DNA of 20,000 nt, from the IMG/VR virus record IMGVR_UViG_2061766007_001638; one strand, 5' to 3'. Source of the DNA: an uncultured virus (IMG/VR IMGVR_UViG_2061766007_001638). Taxonomy: Duplodnaviria; Heunggongvirae; Uroviricota; Caudoviricetes. The notes under the pieces were generated by a model, which saw only the letters and a program-made list of their open reading frames with translations, was not told where the DNA came from and made no database searches. A program made the translations under genes and the position numbers. The first letter of the stretch is position 1; each line of letters begins with the position of its first letter. Below, piece after piece: positions 1 to 9,131 of this stretch.

Positions 1-808
1 GTGGGACACGCATTCCCCGAGCTACGGGAAGAATACGGAAAGGAAGGTCCTTTTCGACGGAATAACCTGGGAGATAACCCTCAGGGAGGTCATGTTCTCC
101 ATCCTTATTCTCGGGATGTTCGCGTTTTTGGGATTCCTCGTCCATTCTGCGATAGACAAGAAAGTTGACGATTCCACCCTCAAGTACAGACAGGCCGTCT
201 CGATACAGGACGAAGGCGAGTTCCGACACGCGATGGACACCGACGTGGGGAACGCTTTCGTAAGGGGTAAGGTCGAGGCGGTAACTCCAGTCAAGACGAA
301 ACTGGTGAAGGGCGAATATCTCAGGATTCACGTTGACCACCAGAAGTACAGGATGCACACGAGGGTGGTGACGTACACGACTTACGACTCGAAGGGCCGT
401 CCCCACGTCCACCACAGGACGGTCACGTATTGGTCGTGGGACACCGTGAATTCGTTCACAACGAACTCCCAGGAGGTCGTGTTCTGCGGCTCGAAGTTCA
501 AGTACGACAAGTTCGAATATTCCTGTGCGAATACGGACGAGACGATAGTCGGAGGGGGAACGTTTAATAACGAAAGAGACGTCGTGTATACCACGAAGGA
601 CGGGTTCACTGGAACGATTTTCGCGGACCTTCGGAACGGAAGCGTGACTGGAAGACCGACGATGGTCGGAAGAGGGATAGAGAAGTACAGGGAAAGCCTA
701 GAGAAGTGCACCTGGCCGTACGTCCTTTTCTGGATACTGTGGATTGTGCTGACTGTTGTCGCGATAGTACTGTTCTACATAATAGACAACAGATGGCTGG
801 AAGGATGA
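1..808 (+). CDS. Phage membrane protein (N- and C-terminal TM helices), probably 5' partial
   Basis: Frame is open from position 2 (WDTHSPSY...EITLREVMFSILILG). Hydrophobic segments at both ends (MFSILILGMFAFLGFLV; VLFWILWIVLTVVAIVLFYII). TGA stop. Confidence 0.75.
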   Translation, partial: WDTHSPSYGKNTERKVLFDGITWEITLREVMFSILILGMFAFLGFLVHSAIDKKVDDSTLKYRQAVSIQDEGEFRHAMDTDVGNAFVRGKVEAVTPVKTKLVKGEYLRIHVDHQKYRMHTRVVTYTTYDSKGRPHVHHRTVTYWSWDTVNSFTTNSQEVVFCGSKFKYDKFEYSCANTDETIVGGGTFNNERDVVYTTKDGFTGTIFADLRNGSVTGRPTMVGRGIEKYRESLEKCTWPYVLFWILWIVLTVVAIVLFYIIDNRWLEG

Positions 809-1127
809 CGAACATGAAAAAGCCACTTCACATAGAGGAAATCGACCCAGAGCTATTCACTTGGGACAAATATGAATCGGATTACGGCGGNNNNNNNNNN
901 NNNNNNNNNNNNNNNNNNNNNNNATCTCCATGAAAGTGATGGAACGTGAAATCAAGAAACGCTGTGTCGGATATTGCGAGGGTTCTCGTCTCCGCGTCAG
1001 GCCAAAGTCGGACATGTACGCCATCATGATAGAGGACGACGATTTCGAGAAGTTCTGGTTTCACTTTCCAAAGGTATGCATTGACATGGTGATGGACGGA
1101 ATCGACTGTTCCGCGATTGACAGTTGA
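805..1127 (+). CDS. Hypothetical protein (spans N gap)
   Basis: ATGA overlap with the previous stop. MTNMKKPLHIEEIDPELF...gap...MKVMEREIKKRCVGYCEG...; joined across a gap of estimated length. Confidence 0.55.
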
Positions 1128-1195
1128 TATTTATATGAGAAGAATGATTCCCATGAGTTCCTTCAACTGTAGTAAAAAGAAAGAGAACTAAAACA

Positions 1196-1492
1196 ATGAA
1201 ACTGATTATGCCAATAGTGGGCATCCTGCTCATTGTGTCTGGGGTTGTGTTTGCGTTATGCTATTCCCCCACCCAATTACGGTCTGATTATTCCACCAAG
1301 ATTTCTGTTGACAAGCCAGACAAGATTGAGAACGCCATTTCAAATGTTGTGTCTGATTTAAGGAAAAGGGATTTCGTTCCAGTCAATCTTAATGTGAATT
1401 GGCATCCAGCAAGCAAAACCTATGTGGTCTACGCAAGGGGAATTGACAGAACCAAACTCGAAAGTATGAGCCGTAAGGGAGAACTGAAATGA
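1196..1492 (+). CDS. Hypothetical protein with N-terminal signal/TM segment
   Basis: 98 aa ORF with hydrophobic N-terminus MKLIMPIVGILLIVSGVVFALC. Confidence 0.7.
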   Translation: MKLIMPIVGILLIVSGVVFALCYSPTQLRSDYSTKISVDKPDKIENAISNVVSDLRKRDFVPVNLNVNWHPASKTYVVYARGIDRTKLESMSRKGELK

Positions 1493-1725
1493 CGAAGACG
1501 ATATACGTATGCGACTGCTGTGGGATGGAGGTTTCCCTTGAACATCTGCACAAGTGCTACAAGGAAATCCGCGATTGGAACGGCTACAAGAACATTGTCA
1601 AGACCTGGGAGCTTTGCGAGAACTGTATTGACCGCCTTGAGGCTGCGATGGAAGCGGAAGCTGCCAAGTTGAAGGGAATGTGCGTACCTTCACAGTGCGC
1701 ATACTCAAATGGAGGTGGCGAATGA
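1489..1725 (+). CDS. Small Zn-ribbon protein
   Basis: CDCCG...ELCENC CxxC pairs; ATGA coupling to the upstream gene. Confidence 0.7.
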   Translation: MTKTIYVCDCCGMEVSLEHLHKCYKEIRDWNGYKNIVKTWELCENCIDRLEAAMEAEAAKLKGMCVPSQCAYSNGGGE

Positions 1726-1847
1726 CCTCTGAAGAGTGCATAGACAAGATAACCAACAAGGACGACATTTATCACGACGTAATCGTGGAAGTATGGAACG
1801 ATGGCCGTCAGACTGGCAGTGACACGTATTTCAAATGGGATGACTGA
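1722..1847 (+). CDS. Small hypothetical protein (41 aa)
   Basis: GGAGG upstream, ATGA overlap, MTSEECIDKITNKDDIYHDVIVEVWNDGRQTGSDTYFKWDD*; fills the space between neighbours. Confidence 0.5.
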   Translation: MTSEECIDKITNKDDIYHDVIVEVWNDGRQTGSDTYFKWDD

Positions 1848-1849
1848 CA

Positions 1850-2194
1850 ATGTTATATGACATGCTACATACGCTGGAAATCGAAGATATCTCAAAGTTG
1901 GATGCCTTTTCTGGGCTTCGTCTGTCCGTCATACGTTTAGAGTTCCAGATGCCGAGACAATGCACTAGAACCACGTTCTTTCTTCCGTCAGAAACCGAAA
2001 AGGCTGTTTCTTTTCTGGAAGAAATTTCAAAGGACAAGACGATTGACCATGCGTTCACGCTGACGATGAACACAAAAGAAGTCGAGGTTGTTGACGGATA
2101 CATGTTCTATATCGTAGATTCCAGTGGAAAGGAATCCAACATCACGATAGAAATCATCGACGCGATTAAGAGGCTTGGCGAGAAGTTAAGGTGA
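1850..2194 (+). CDS. Hypothetical protein
   Basis: 114 aa ORF tightly packed in the + strand run. Confidence 0.65.
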   Translation: MLYDMLHTLEIEDISKLDAFSGLRLSVIRLEFQMPRQCTRTTFFLPSETEKAVSFLEEISKDKTIDHAFTLTMNTKEVEVVDGYMFYIVDSSGKESNITIEIIDAIKRLGEKLR

Positions 2195-2202
2195 GGTTGA
2201 AA

Positions 2203-2598
2203 ATGATTTTAAGCAAGATAAAAAATTTCTTCAGGCGGATTTCTGAAAAGCACAATAGAAAATGGAGGGAATACGTCAAGGGAATTTCCGAATCCCTCAA
2301 GCCATGCCCAATCTGCGGGAAGAAAGCCGCTTTGATTGAAATGATTGACATCGGAGGAAACTACAGGACGTGGTGGCATGTCGAGTGCGAGGACTTCGAC
2401 GACCACGGCGGATGGACCCTTCCGATAAGGTGCAACTTCAACGGAGCTGGATACTGGATGGACGGNNNNNNNNNNNNNNNNNNNNNNNNNNNNGAGGTCG
2501 TGGTTCCGACGGCAATAAGGACAAAAGAGGCGATTGAGCGCGTGAAGAAATACGACGAACGGAAAAAACAAAACGATGAGGCAAACGGAGAGAAATAA
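2203..2598 (+). CDS. Lar (restriction alleviation)-like Zn-finger protein
   Basis: LKPCPICGKKA...WHVEC...C...EAIE pattern resembles the Lar_restr_allev family; GAGG RBS; spans a gap. Confidence 0.55.
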   Translation: MILSKIKNFFRRISEKHNRKWREYVKGISESLKPCPICGKKAALIEMIDIGGNYRTWWHVECEDFDDHGGWTLPIRCNFNGAGYWMDXXXXXXXXXXEVVVPTAIRTKEAIERVKKYDERKKQNDEANGEK

Positions 2599-2599
2599 G

Positions 2600-2773
2600 A
2601 TGACACAAGAAGAATTGAAGAAACGCAATGAGTTTGCGGACAAGTGCGAAGAACTCTCTAAGTTGGGCGAGACCGTTCCTAGCGGAGGGTGGGATACCCC
2701 GATGAAGTACATCGTACATTCCCTTCGAGAGTGGGCAAAGCAGTATAGGCATCCCATTCACAGTATAATATGA
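2600..2773 (+). CDS. Hypothetical protein
   Basis: MTQEELKKRNEF... starts 1 nt after the previous stop. Confidence 0.6.
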   Translation: MTQEELKKRNEFADKCEELSKLGETVPSGGWDTPMKYIVHSLREWAKQYRHPIHSII

Positions 2774-2807
2774 CCATTCAAAAAGATGATATGATAAGGC
2801 GATTTAG

Positions 2808-3086
2808 ATGGGCAAAAAACCAATGAACACCGTAGCGGGATATCCGCTCACAGAGCACGAGGAATCATGCATCCGCTCGTTGAAGCGGCTTGCGAGGAAG
2901 TGGTACAAGAAAACGAACAGGCTTTGGCTGTTCTCTGCAAGCGGACATCTTTTTGCGATGCTTTCGGAAGGGAACGGGAATAAGGAGTCAGACTATACGC
3001 CTGGTGGTGGAGTTGGAGGAGGAAGAGTCAATAAGAACAACGCCGTTTGCGAGATAGACATTCCGAACGACGGCGGAGACTGGTAA
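2808..3086 (+). CDS. Hypothetical phage protein
   Basis: 92 aa; ...LWLFSASGHL...IDIPNDGGDW C-terminus. Confidence 0.7.
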   Translation: MGKKPMNTVAGYPLTEHEESCIRSLKRLARKWYKKTNRLWLFSASGHLFAMLSEGNGNKESDYTPGGGVGGGRVNKNNAVCEIDIPNDGGDW

Positions 3087-3103
3087 GACACAGAGGAACA
3101 CAC

Positions 3104-3556
3104 ATGAGCGTAATGACATTGAGCCTTTACAGGAAAAACTATCCGTTCATCGCATACGGAGACGAATACAAAAGGTGGAAAGAAGCAAAGAAGTGGTATG
3201 AGTGGTTGTTCGACAGGCTTCATACCGAAGGACCGACAGAATACACATGCCACGAATGGCGTGGGCTGCATCCCAAGTTCGAGTGCCACGTTAAAAGATT
3301 CAACGAGGCTTTCAAGGCACTTCCAAAACCGACAAAGGAGCAGTACAACAGTGAATGCGACCCGTTCATGGTGGGAAAGTGGCCAGAGGACGCGATTGAC
3401 CTGATAGAAAAGTTCATATTGCAGGACACGTATTGCAGGGAAGACGCAAAGAACGCCGCAGCAATCCTGACCAAGAACGACTACCAAGTGAACGTACTCA
3501 AGATGAAGCAGTATGAGTCGAACAAAGTGAAATACGGAAAGAAAAAGATGAAATGA
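3104..3556 (+). CDS. Hypothetical protein
   Basis: GAGGA RBS upstream of ATG 3104; ATGA overlap with the next gene. Confidence 0.7.
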   Translation: MSVMTLSLYRKNYPFIAYGDEYKRWKEAKKWYEWLFDRLHTEGPTEYTCHEWRGLHPKFECHVKRFNEAFKALPKPTKEQYNSECDPFMVGKWPEDAIDLIEKFILQDTYCREDAKNAAAILTKNDYQVNVLKMKQYESNKVKYGKKKMK

Positions 3557-3993
3557 CAACGAGAGAAAAGGCAATTGTGTCTGCATGGACGGGATTTTTA
3601 ATGTGTGACATGTCGGAGATGCTGAAGTACATGTCTGAAAAGCTCGGTTGGACAATAAGCGAACAGGAACTACTGAGCCGACATTGCGACTACGAGTTTG
3701 AGGACGAACTTGCCGAGAAAATCCGCCCAGATTTTCTTGCGTTATGCGACACTCTGACAACAAGAGAAAAGGCTATTGTGTCAGCGTGGGCCCATGTCTC
3801 GATGTGTAGCATGGAAGACATGCTAAAGTATCTGTCCGAAAAGTTTGGTAAGACAATAACAAAGTCAGACTTGGATAAAATCCTGTCTTATGGTGCTCTG
3901 CGACAAAAGTATGACGCCGCCGTACTTCCAGATTGGCTTTCCTTGTGCGAGGGTGACGCCGAGTCCAAAGACAAGGCGTCCTGGTGGAGATGA
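3553..3993 (+). CDS. Hypothetical protein made of two tandem ~67 aa repeats
   Basis: TTREKAIVSAW...MC.M..MLKY.SEK.G.TI occurs twice. Confidence 0.75.
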   Translation: MTTREKAIVSAWTGFLMCDMSEMLKYMSEKLGWTISEQELLSRHCDYEFEDELAEKIRPDFLALCDTLTTREKAIVSAWAHVSMCSMEDMLKYLSEKFGKTITKSDLDKILSYGALRQKYDAAVLPDWLSLCEGDAESKDKASWWR

Positions 3994-4023
3994 ATTGCAA
4001 TAGATATTGAGGAAAACAATCAA

Positions 4024-4268
4024 ATGAGCACATACAAATATTACCAAAAGGTAGAAAATAAAGTTGACGTATCTCCTTGTCCGTGCTGTGGACACGAAGA
4101 CCTCAATTTCTACGATTACAACAGAGATGAGTCGATGCACGGGGCTGGAGCTTATGTGAAATGCAAGAATTGCGGACACGAGGTCTTCGTAGACGGAAAT
4201 AAAATACAAAGCGACAGCGGAAGAATATGCCAGCTTCGCGTCATCGACGAGTGGAACAGCCAGTATAA
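4024..4268 (+). CDS. Lar-like Zn-finger protein (3' end in gap)
   Basis: PCPCCG...YVKCKNCG...IDEWN pattern; GAGGA RBS. Confidence 0.6.
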
Positions 4269-4279
4269 NNNNNNNNNNT

Positions 4280-4447
4280 GCCAAAGTAAAAGATGAAAAC
4301 AATGTCTTGAAAACTGTGATGCTGATGGAGAATTTCAACTCGACATACAGCATATCCATCGACGAACCAGAGAAAGTTGAATTGTATAGCAGATTCTCAA
4401 AAATAATGAGAGAGTTCAAAAACTCGTGCGGGATTGGAATAAAATGA
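4280..4447 (+). CDS. Partial hypothetical protein (variant A)
   Basis: AKVKDENNVLKTVMLMENF...EKVELYSRFSKIMREFKNSCGIGIK*; 5' end in gap. Confidence 0.5.
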   Translation, partial: AKVKDENNVLKTVMLMENFNSTYSISIDEPEKVELYSRFSKIMREFKNSCGIGIK

Positions 4448-4480
4448 TATACCAGGCAAAATGCTTAANNNNNNNNNNAG

Positions 4481-4654
4481 CTTTCAGAAGTACGGCACGA
4501 AAACAATATCTTGAAGTCTGTCATATTTTTGAACAGAATCAATATAACCGATTACTTTAATCCATGGGATTCAAAGGAAAAAATGGAATTATATGACGAA
4601 TTCGCGGAAATCATGAAGAAATTCAAAAATTCGTGCGGAGGAATTCAAAAATGA
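4481..4654 (+). CDS. Partial hypothetical protein (variant B, homologous to 4280-4447)
   Basis: LSEVRHENNILKSVIFLN...EKMELYDEFAEIMKKFKNSCGGIQK*; 5' end in gap. Confidence 0.5.
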   Translation, partial: LSEVRHENNILKSVIFLNRINITDYFNPWDSKEKMELYDEFAEIMKKFKNSCGGIQK

Positions 4655-4913
4655 TATACCAGGCAAAATGCTTCAACGAAAACGGAACGGTTAATCACGA
4701 CGAACTAAAAAAGCTTCTCGATAAAGTCGTAAATGAACTCGAAAGAAGATATGATATAAGGAAGCACGACGAGTTCGAGTATGACGTTCAGGTTCTTTCC
4801 TTGGCTTGCTCGAAACTGTGGAGCGAGAAGGAAAGATGGAGAGAGGAATACATGAAGCTTGCCGACAGGTACATCAACCATCTCGACAAGTTGAATGAAG
4901 ATTTGAGGAAAAT
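4651..4913 (+). CDS. Hypothetical helical protein (3' end in gap)
   Basis: MIYQAKCFNENG...RKHDEFEYDVQVLSLACSKLWSEKE; a second copy of the 3' part lies at 6449-6611. Confidence 0.65.
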
Positions 4914-5549
4914 NNNNNNNNNNNNNNNNNNNNNNNNNNNNNNNNNNNNNNNNNNNNNNNNNNNNNNNNNNNNNNNNNNNNNNNNNNNNNNNNNNNNNNN
5001 NNNNNNNNNNNNNNNNNNNNNNNNNNNNNNNNNNNNNNNNNNNNNNNNNNNNNNNNNNNNNNNNNNNNNNNNNNNNNNNNNNNNNNNNNNNNNNNNNNNN
5101 NNNNNNNNNNNNNNNNNNNNNNNNNNNNNNNNNNNNNNNNNNNNNNNNNNNNNNNNNNNNNNNNNNNNNNNNNNNNNNNNNNNNNNNNNNNNNNNNNNNN
5201 NNNNNNNNNNNNNNNNNNNNNNNNNNNNNNNNNNNNNNNNNNNNNNNNNNNNNNNNNNNNNNNNNNNNNNNNNNNNNNNNNNNNNNNNNNNNNNNNNNNN
5301 NNNNNNNNNNNNNNNNNNNNNNNNNNNNNNNNNNNNNNNNNNNNNNNNNNNNNNNNNNNNNNNNNNNNNNNNNNNNNNNNNNNNNNNNNNNNNNNNNNNN
5401 NNNNNNNNNNNNNNNNNNNNNNNNNNNNNNNNNNNNNNNNNNNNNNNNNNNNNNNNNNNNNNNNNNNNNNGAACGTTCAAGGCAATCGTGAAGGAACTCG
5501 ACAAGGACCACGTCCTGTACTACCATCCTTGGTATTAACGAAGCAACAA

Positions 5550-5984
5550 ATGGAAAAACCGCAGGAATTCTACATAATCTATTTCGTCGACAAGGACTGC
5601 GACGTAAACGGAATCCACCTTGAAAGGGGCTATTACAGGTTCAACTACGACCTGACTGGGGTCGAGTTCACAGACCCGTGCAAGTATTCGAAGGACAGGT
5701 ACGAATGGTCCGCTTGCGGTCTGTTCAAGGACCTCGGAAAGTTCCAGGAGTTCTTCAACTCGTTCGACGTCAAGCCGATGAAGATGGAGCGCGAGGAATA
5801 CATCGAGACGATAACGTACAGGGGAGTTTCCGTTCCAATATTCTGCGACGACTACGGACAATGCTTCTACTGCATATTGAACAATGAGGTTATTTCGTTC
5901 GGCTCTTTTCAGGCAGAGTACGAAGAAGAGGTCAAGGCTTTGATTGACTACAAGATTGACAAAATCGTAAAGGAGAGAACATGA
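5550..5984 (+). CDS. Hypothetical protein
   Basis: MEKPQEFYIIYF...DDYGQCFY...; ATGA overlap with the next gene. Confidence 0.7.
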   Translation: MEKPQEFYIIYFVDKDCDVNGIHLERGYYRFNYDLTGVEFTDPCKYSKDRYEWSACGLFKDLGKFQEFFNSFDVKPMKMEREEYIETITYRGVSVPIFCDDYGQCFYCILNNEVISFGSFQAEYEEEVKALIDYKIDKIVKERT

Positions 5985-6364
5985 AAGTTGAGAAATTCAA
6001 GGAAAAGTACGAAGCACTTCAGAAAGAAGGAAACGACATCTACGTCCAGATTAAGCCCCTTCTCAAGCGGCTTAAGTCCTTGACTAGGAAATGCAACAAT
6101 CTTGGAAACAAGGCCGATGGAGACCCAAACTTGTACGAGAGAATAGTCGTAACAAGGAAAGACGACAGGGGGTACGAAGGACCAAACAAGATTTCAATTA
6201 CGAAGGGTTGGGACGAAAGCGTCCTTTTCAGGCTTTGGGACATGGACGTTCTTGTAACCGAGCCGAACGTGATAGATTGCATAGACAATGTTCTGTACAA
6301 TATTACGCATACAAAGTTTGAGAAGAAAACTCAAAGAAGAAAAAATAACGAAATGGCTGGATAG
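5981..6364 (+). CDS. Hypothetical protein
   Basis: AGGAG RBS, 127 aa. Ends at a TAG lying inside the tRNA gene, so the 3' end is uncertain. Confidence 0.65.
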   Translation: MKVEKFKEKYEALQKEGNDIYVQIKPLLKRLKSLTRKCNNLGNKADGDPNLYERIVVTRKDDRGYEGPNKISITKGWDESVLFRLWDMDVLVTEPNVIDCIDNVLYNITHTKFEKKTQRRKNNEMAG

Positions 6365-6429
6365 GCTAAGTAGTAGACCACGGCCCTCATAAGGCCAGGA
6401 TGGAGATGCAAACGCTCCTCCAGCCACCA
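6355..6429 (+). tRNA. tRNA with CAT anticodon (Met or Ile2), structurally degenerate
   Basis: Acceptor stem GGCTGGA/TCCAGCC plus ACCA; anticodon arm GGCC-CTCATAA-GGCC; T arm GGAG(A)-TGCAAAC-(G)CTCC; 75 nt; mismatches in D, anticodon and T stems. Confidence 0.75.
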
Positions 6430-6448
6430 AAAAGAAAGNNNNNNNNNN

Positions 6449-6611
6449 CAGGAAACACGACGAGTTCGAATATGACGTTCAGGTTCTTGCCTTGGCTTGT
6501 TCCACACTGTGGAGCGAAAAGGAGGGATGGAGGGAGAAATACATGAATCTCGCTGACAGGTACATCAACCATCTCGACAAGTTGAATGAAGATTTGAGGA
6601 AAATGCTTTAA
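6449..6611 (+). repeat. Diverged second copy of the 3' part of gene 4651-4913
   Basis: RKHDEFEYDVQVLALACSTLWSEKEGWREKYMNLADRYINHLDKLNEDLRKML*; nearly identical DNA to ~4760-4913. Confidence 0.85.
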
Positions 6612-6616
6612 TAAAC

Positions 6617-6645
6617 TTGACACGTCAAGGAAAATCCTGTATAAT
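6617..6645 (+). promoter_or_regulatory. Consensus sigma70-type (early) promoter
   Basis: TTGACA (6617-6622), 17 nt spacer, TATAAT (6640-6645), intergenic. Confidence 0.85.
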
Positions 6646-6679
6646 ATCACCATATCAAAACCTCATAAAAGAAGTAAGC

Positions 6680-6850
6680 ATGACTATAGCAGAATTGAAA
6701 CAAAAAATCGACGAAGCAACCAATAACACAAGGTCTTCGGACTCCCAGATTACAATTATTGCAAAAAATTGCTATGCTATGGTTTCACTCAGTGATATCA
6801 AGGTAAACTTCAATCCAACAAACAACACTCTTGAATTTGTCGAGGAATAA
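6680..6850 (+). CDS. Small hypothetical protein
   Basis: MTIAELKQKIDE... directly downstream of the promoter. Confidence 0.6.
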   Translation: MTIAELKQKIDEATNNTRSSDSQITIIAKNCYAMVSLSDIKVNFNPTNNTLEFVEE

Positions 6851-6874
6851 GATTAACAACAGAAGGAAAAAGAA

Positions 6875-7327
6875 ATGGGATTAGACCAGTACATCTACAG
6901 AACCACCAAGAAGAGGTGGAAGGCACATCTTGAATTCCAGAAGATTTGCAAAGAATACGACATTCTCGTGGAGAAGCTTTTGTCTGAGAAAAAGTGGAAT
7001 GATTTCATGATTTCTCTCCCGAAGAAGGAATACGGCGGATATGACTGGGACAAGTTCACCAATGAACAGAAGAAGGGGATTTCCAGATACAAGAGGGAAT
7101 GCAGGAAAATCGCAAAAGGTCTCGGTTTGAAGCTGGACAAGAATTTACGCGCACAGTTCGAGGACGAGAAATACGGATTGAATGCAGAAAGCGACCCAGT
7201 GGAAGAAATCATGTACTGGCGTAAGAACTGGGATTTGCACAAGTACATCGTTGACAACTTCTGGAAAGACAAGGAAAACGACAACCTCGTAAACATTCCT
7301 CTCAGGAAGTGCGACATCAAGAAGATG
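6875..7327 (+). CDS. Conserved phage protein of the MGLD...YWRK type (3' end in gap)
   Basis: AAGGA RBS; MGLDQYIY...EEIMYWRKNWDLHKYI, a motif pattern common in phage hypothetical proteins. Confidence 0.75.
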
Positions 7328-8291
7328 NNNNNNNNNNNNNNNNNNNNNNNNNNNNNNNNNNNNNNNNNNNNNNNNNNNNNNNNNNNNNNNNNNNNNNNNN
7401 NNNNNNNNNNNNNNNNNNNNNNNNNNNNNNNNNNNNNNNNNNNNNNNNNNNNNNNNNNNNNNNNNNNNNNNNNNNNNNNNNNNNNNNNNNNNNNNNNNNN
7501 NNNNNNNNNNNNNNNNNNNNNNNNNNNNNNNNNNNNNNNNNNNNNNNNNNNNNNNNNNNNNNNNNNNNNNNNNNNNNNNNNNNNNNNNNNNNNNNNNNNN
7601 NNNNNNNNNNNNNNNNNNNNNNNNNNNNNNNNNNNNNNNNNNNNNNNNNNNNNNNNNNNNNNNNNNNNNNNNNNNNNNNNNNNNNNNNNNNNNNNNNNNN
7701 NNNNNNNNNNNNNNNNNNNNNNNNNNNNNNNNNNNNNNNNNNNNNNNNNNNNNNNNNNNNNNNNNNNNNNNNNNNNNNNNNNNNNNNNNNNNNNNNNNNN
7801 NNNNNNNNNNNNNNNNNNNNNNNNNNNNNNNNNNNNNNNNNNNNNNNNNNNNNNNNNNNNNNNNNNNNNNNNNNNNNNNNNNNNNNNNNNNNNNNNNNNN
7901 NNNNNNNNNNNNNNNNNNNNNNNNNNNNNNNNNNNNNNNNNNNNNNNNNNNNNNNNNNNNNNNNNNNNNNNNNNNNNNNNNNNNNNNNNNNNNNNNNNNN
8001 NNNNNNNNNNNNNNNNNNNNNNNNNNNNNNNNNNNNNNNNNNNNNNNNNNNNNNNNNNNNNNNNNNNNNNNNNNNNNNNNNNNNNNNNNNNNNNNNNNNN
8101 NNNNNNNNNNNNNNNNNNNNNNNNNNNNNNNNNNNNNNNNNNNNNNNNNNNNNNNNNNNNNNNNNNNNNNNNNNNNNNNNNNNNNNNNNNNNNNNNNNNN
8201 NNNNNNNNNNNNNNNNNNNNNNNNNNNNNNNNNNNNNNNNNNNNNNNNNNNNNNNNNNNNNNNNNNNNNNNNNNNNNNNNNNNNNNNNNNC

Positions 8292-8699
8292 AAGATTCAG
8301 AAACCAGAGGAACAATCAGACCACTACGAACTTTTCGTAGAAGGAGACTGGAACGACGCAGACTACGTAAGAAAAAAAACCTCTGTAAATAAGAAAGAGT
8401 TTGAAAACGACGACTTTCTCCTGTATTTCATCTCGTACATCTCGACATGGGCTGGACGTCGTGTAGATGGGTATTTCAACGAGACGGAGGACTGGATGGA
8501 GTTCTTTGATGACGACGACATCCAGTATGAATATCTTCCAAGCGGGTATAATGCCAATATCCACACGATAACCGAGGTGAAGCTCGAGTACGTGTCTGGA
8601 ACGAAAAGATATCCAGTCAGCATACCGAGCTGGGGTTGTCTCTTCAAGGACAAAGCCGAGAAAAAGGCAAAGGTCATCGAGGCAAAGAACAGGGAATAA
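8292..8699 (+). CDS. Hypothetical protein, 5' partial
   Basis: Frame open from the gap edge: KIQKPEEQSDHYELFVEGDWNDADYV...EAKNRE*. Confidence 0.7.
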   Translation, partial: KIQKPEEQSDHYELFVEGDWNDADYVRKKTSVNKKEFENDDFLLYFISYISTWAGRRVDGYFNETEDWMEFFDDDDIQYEYLPSGYNANIHTITEVKLEYVSGTKRYPVSIPSWGCLFKDKAEKKAKVIEAKNRE

Positions 8700-8708
8700 T
8701 AAACACAC

Positions 8709-8783
8709 GGTCGGTTAGCTCAGAGGAAGAGCGTCTGCTTTACACGCAGGATGTCGGGATTTCGAAATTCTCACCGACCACCA
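8709..8783 (+). tRNA. tRNA-Val (TAC)
   Basis: GGTCGGT/ACCGACC acceptor plus ACCA; D arm GCTC-AGAGGAA-GAGC; anticodon arm TCTGC-TTTACAC-GCAGG; T arm GGGAT-TTCGAAA-TTCTC. Confidence 0.95.
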
Positions 8784-8791
8784 GAAACGCC

Positions 8792-9124
8792 ATGACGAAC
8801 AAATTAAAGGAAATCCTGAAGCTCCTCCAAGAGAGGTGCGGAATAACCTATCACTCGTATGCAAACAACATCGGAAAACATACCGTCGGCCTTAAAAAGG
8901 GACATGTTCCTTACAATCCGATGTTCATTGGACTAGACTTTTACCCTCATTCCTGGACGGAAAAAAAGGAAATCTCTGGAGTGTATACGGAATTCTCGGA
9001 CGACACGGAGGGGTCCCTGTGGAAAATCCTCTCCAACGGGATGGCAATGAACATGGCGTTCAACCTTCCAGCGGTGACGTCCGTCCAGGAGCTCAGGATG
9101 TTTCTCGACATAGCTGGAAGATAA
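8792..9124 (+). CDS. Hypothetical protein with the shared C-terminal ELxMxLDIxG motif
   Basis: MTNKLKEILK...FNLPAVTSVQELRMFLDIAGR*; lies between tRNA-Val and tmRNA. Confidence 0.7.
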   Translation: MTNKLKEILKLLQERCGITYHSYANNIGKHTVGLKKGHVPYNPMFIGLDFYPHSWTEKKEISGVYTEFSDDTEGSLWKILSNGMAMNMAFNLPAVTSVQELRMFLDIAGR

Positions 9125-9131
9125 CATTAAC

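Noticed and set aside
2993..3763. 256 aa minus-strand ORF and similar antisense ORFs
   Set aside because: Shadows of well-packed + strand genes that have RBSs and ATGA couplings.
4914..8290. Long ORFs of 238-505 aa in the ORF track
   Set aside because: Artefacts of translating through N runs.
8385..8391. GTAAATA inside a coding region (also minus strand 9834-9840)
   Set aside because: Not positioned at a visible gene start and plausible by chance; not called as promoters.
6355..8783. Amber suppressor tRNA
   Set aside because: The visible anticodons are CAT and TAC; a CTA tRNA could lie in gaps or elsewhere but is not seen.
8636..8791. N-terminal extension of ORF 8636-9124
   Set aside because: It overlaps the previous gene and tRNA-Val; the real start is probably ATG 8792.
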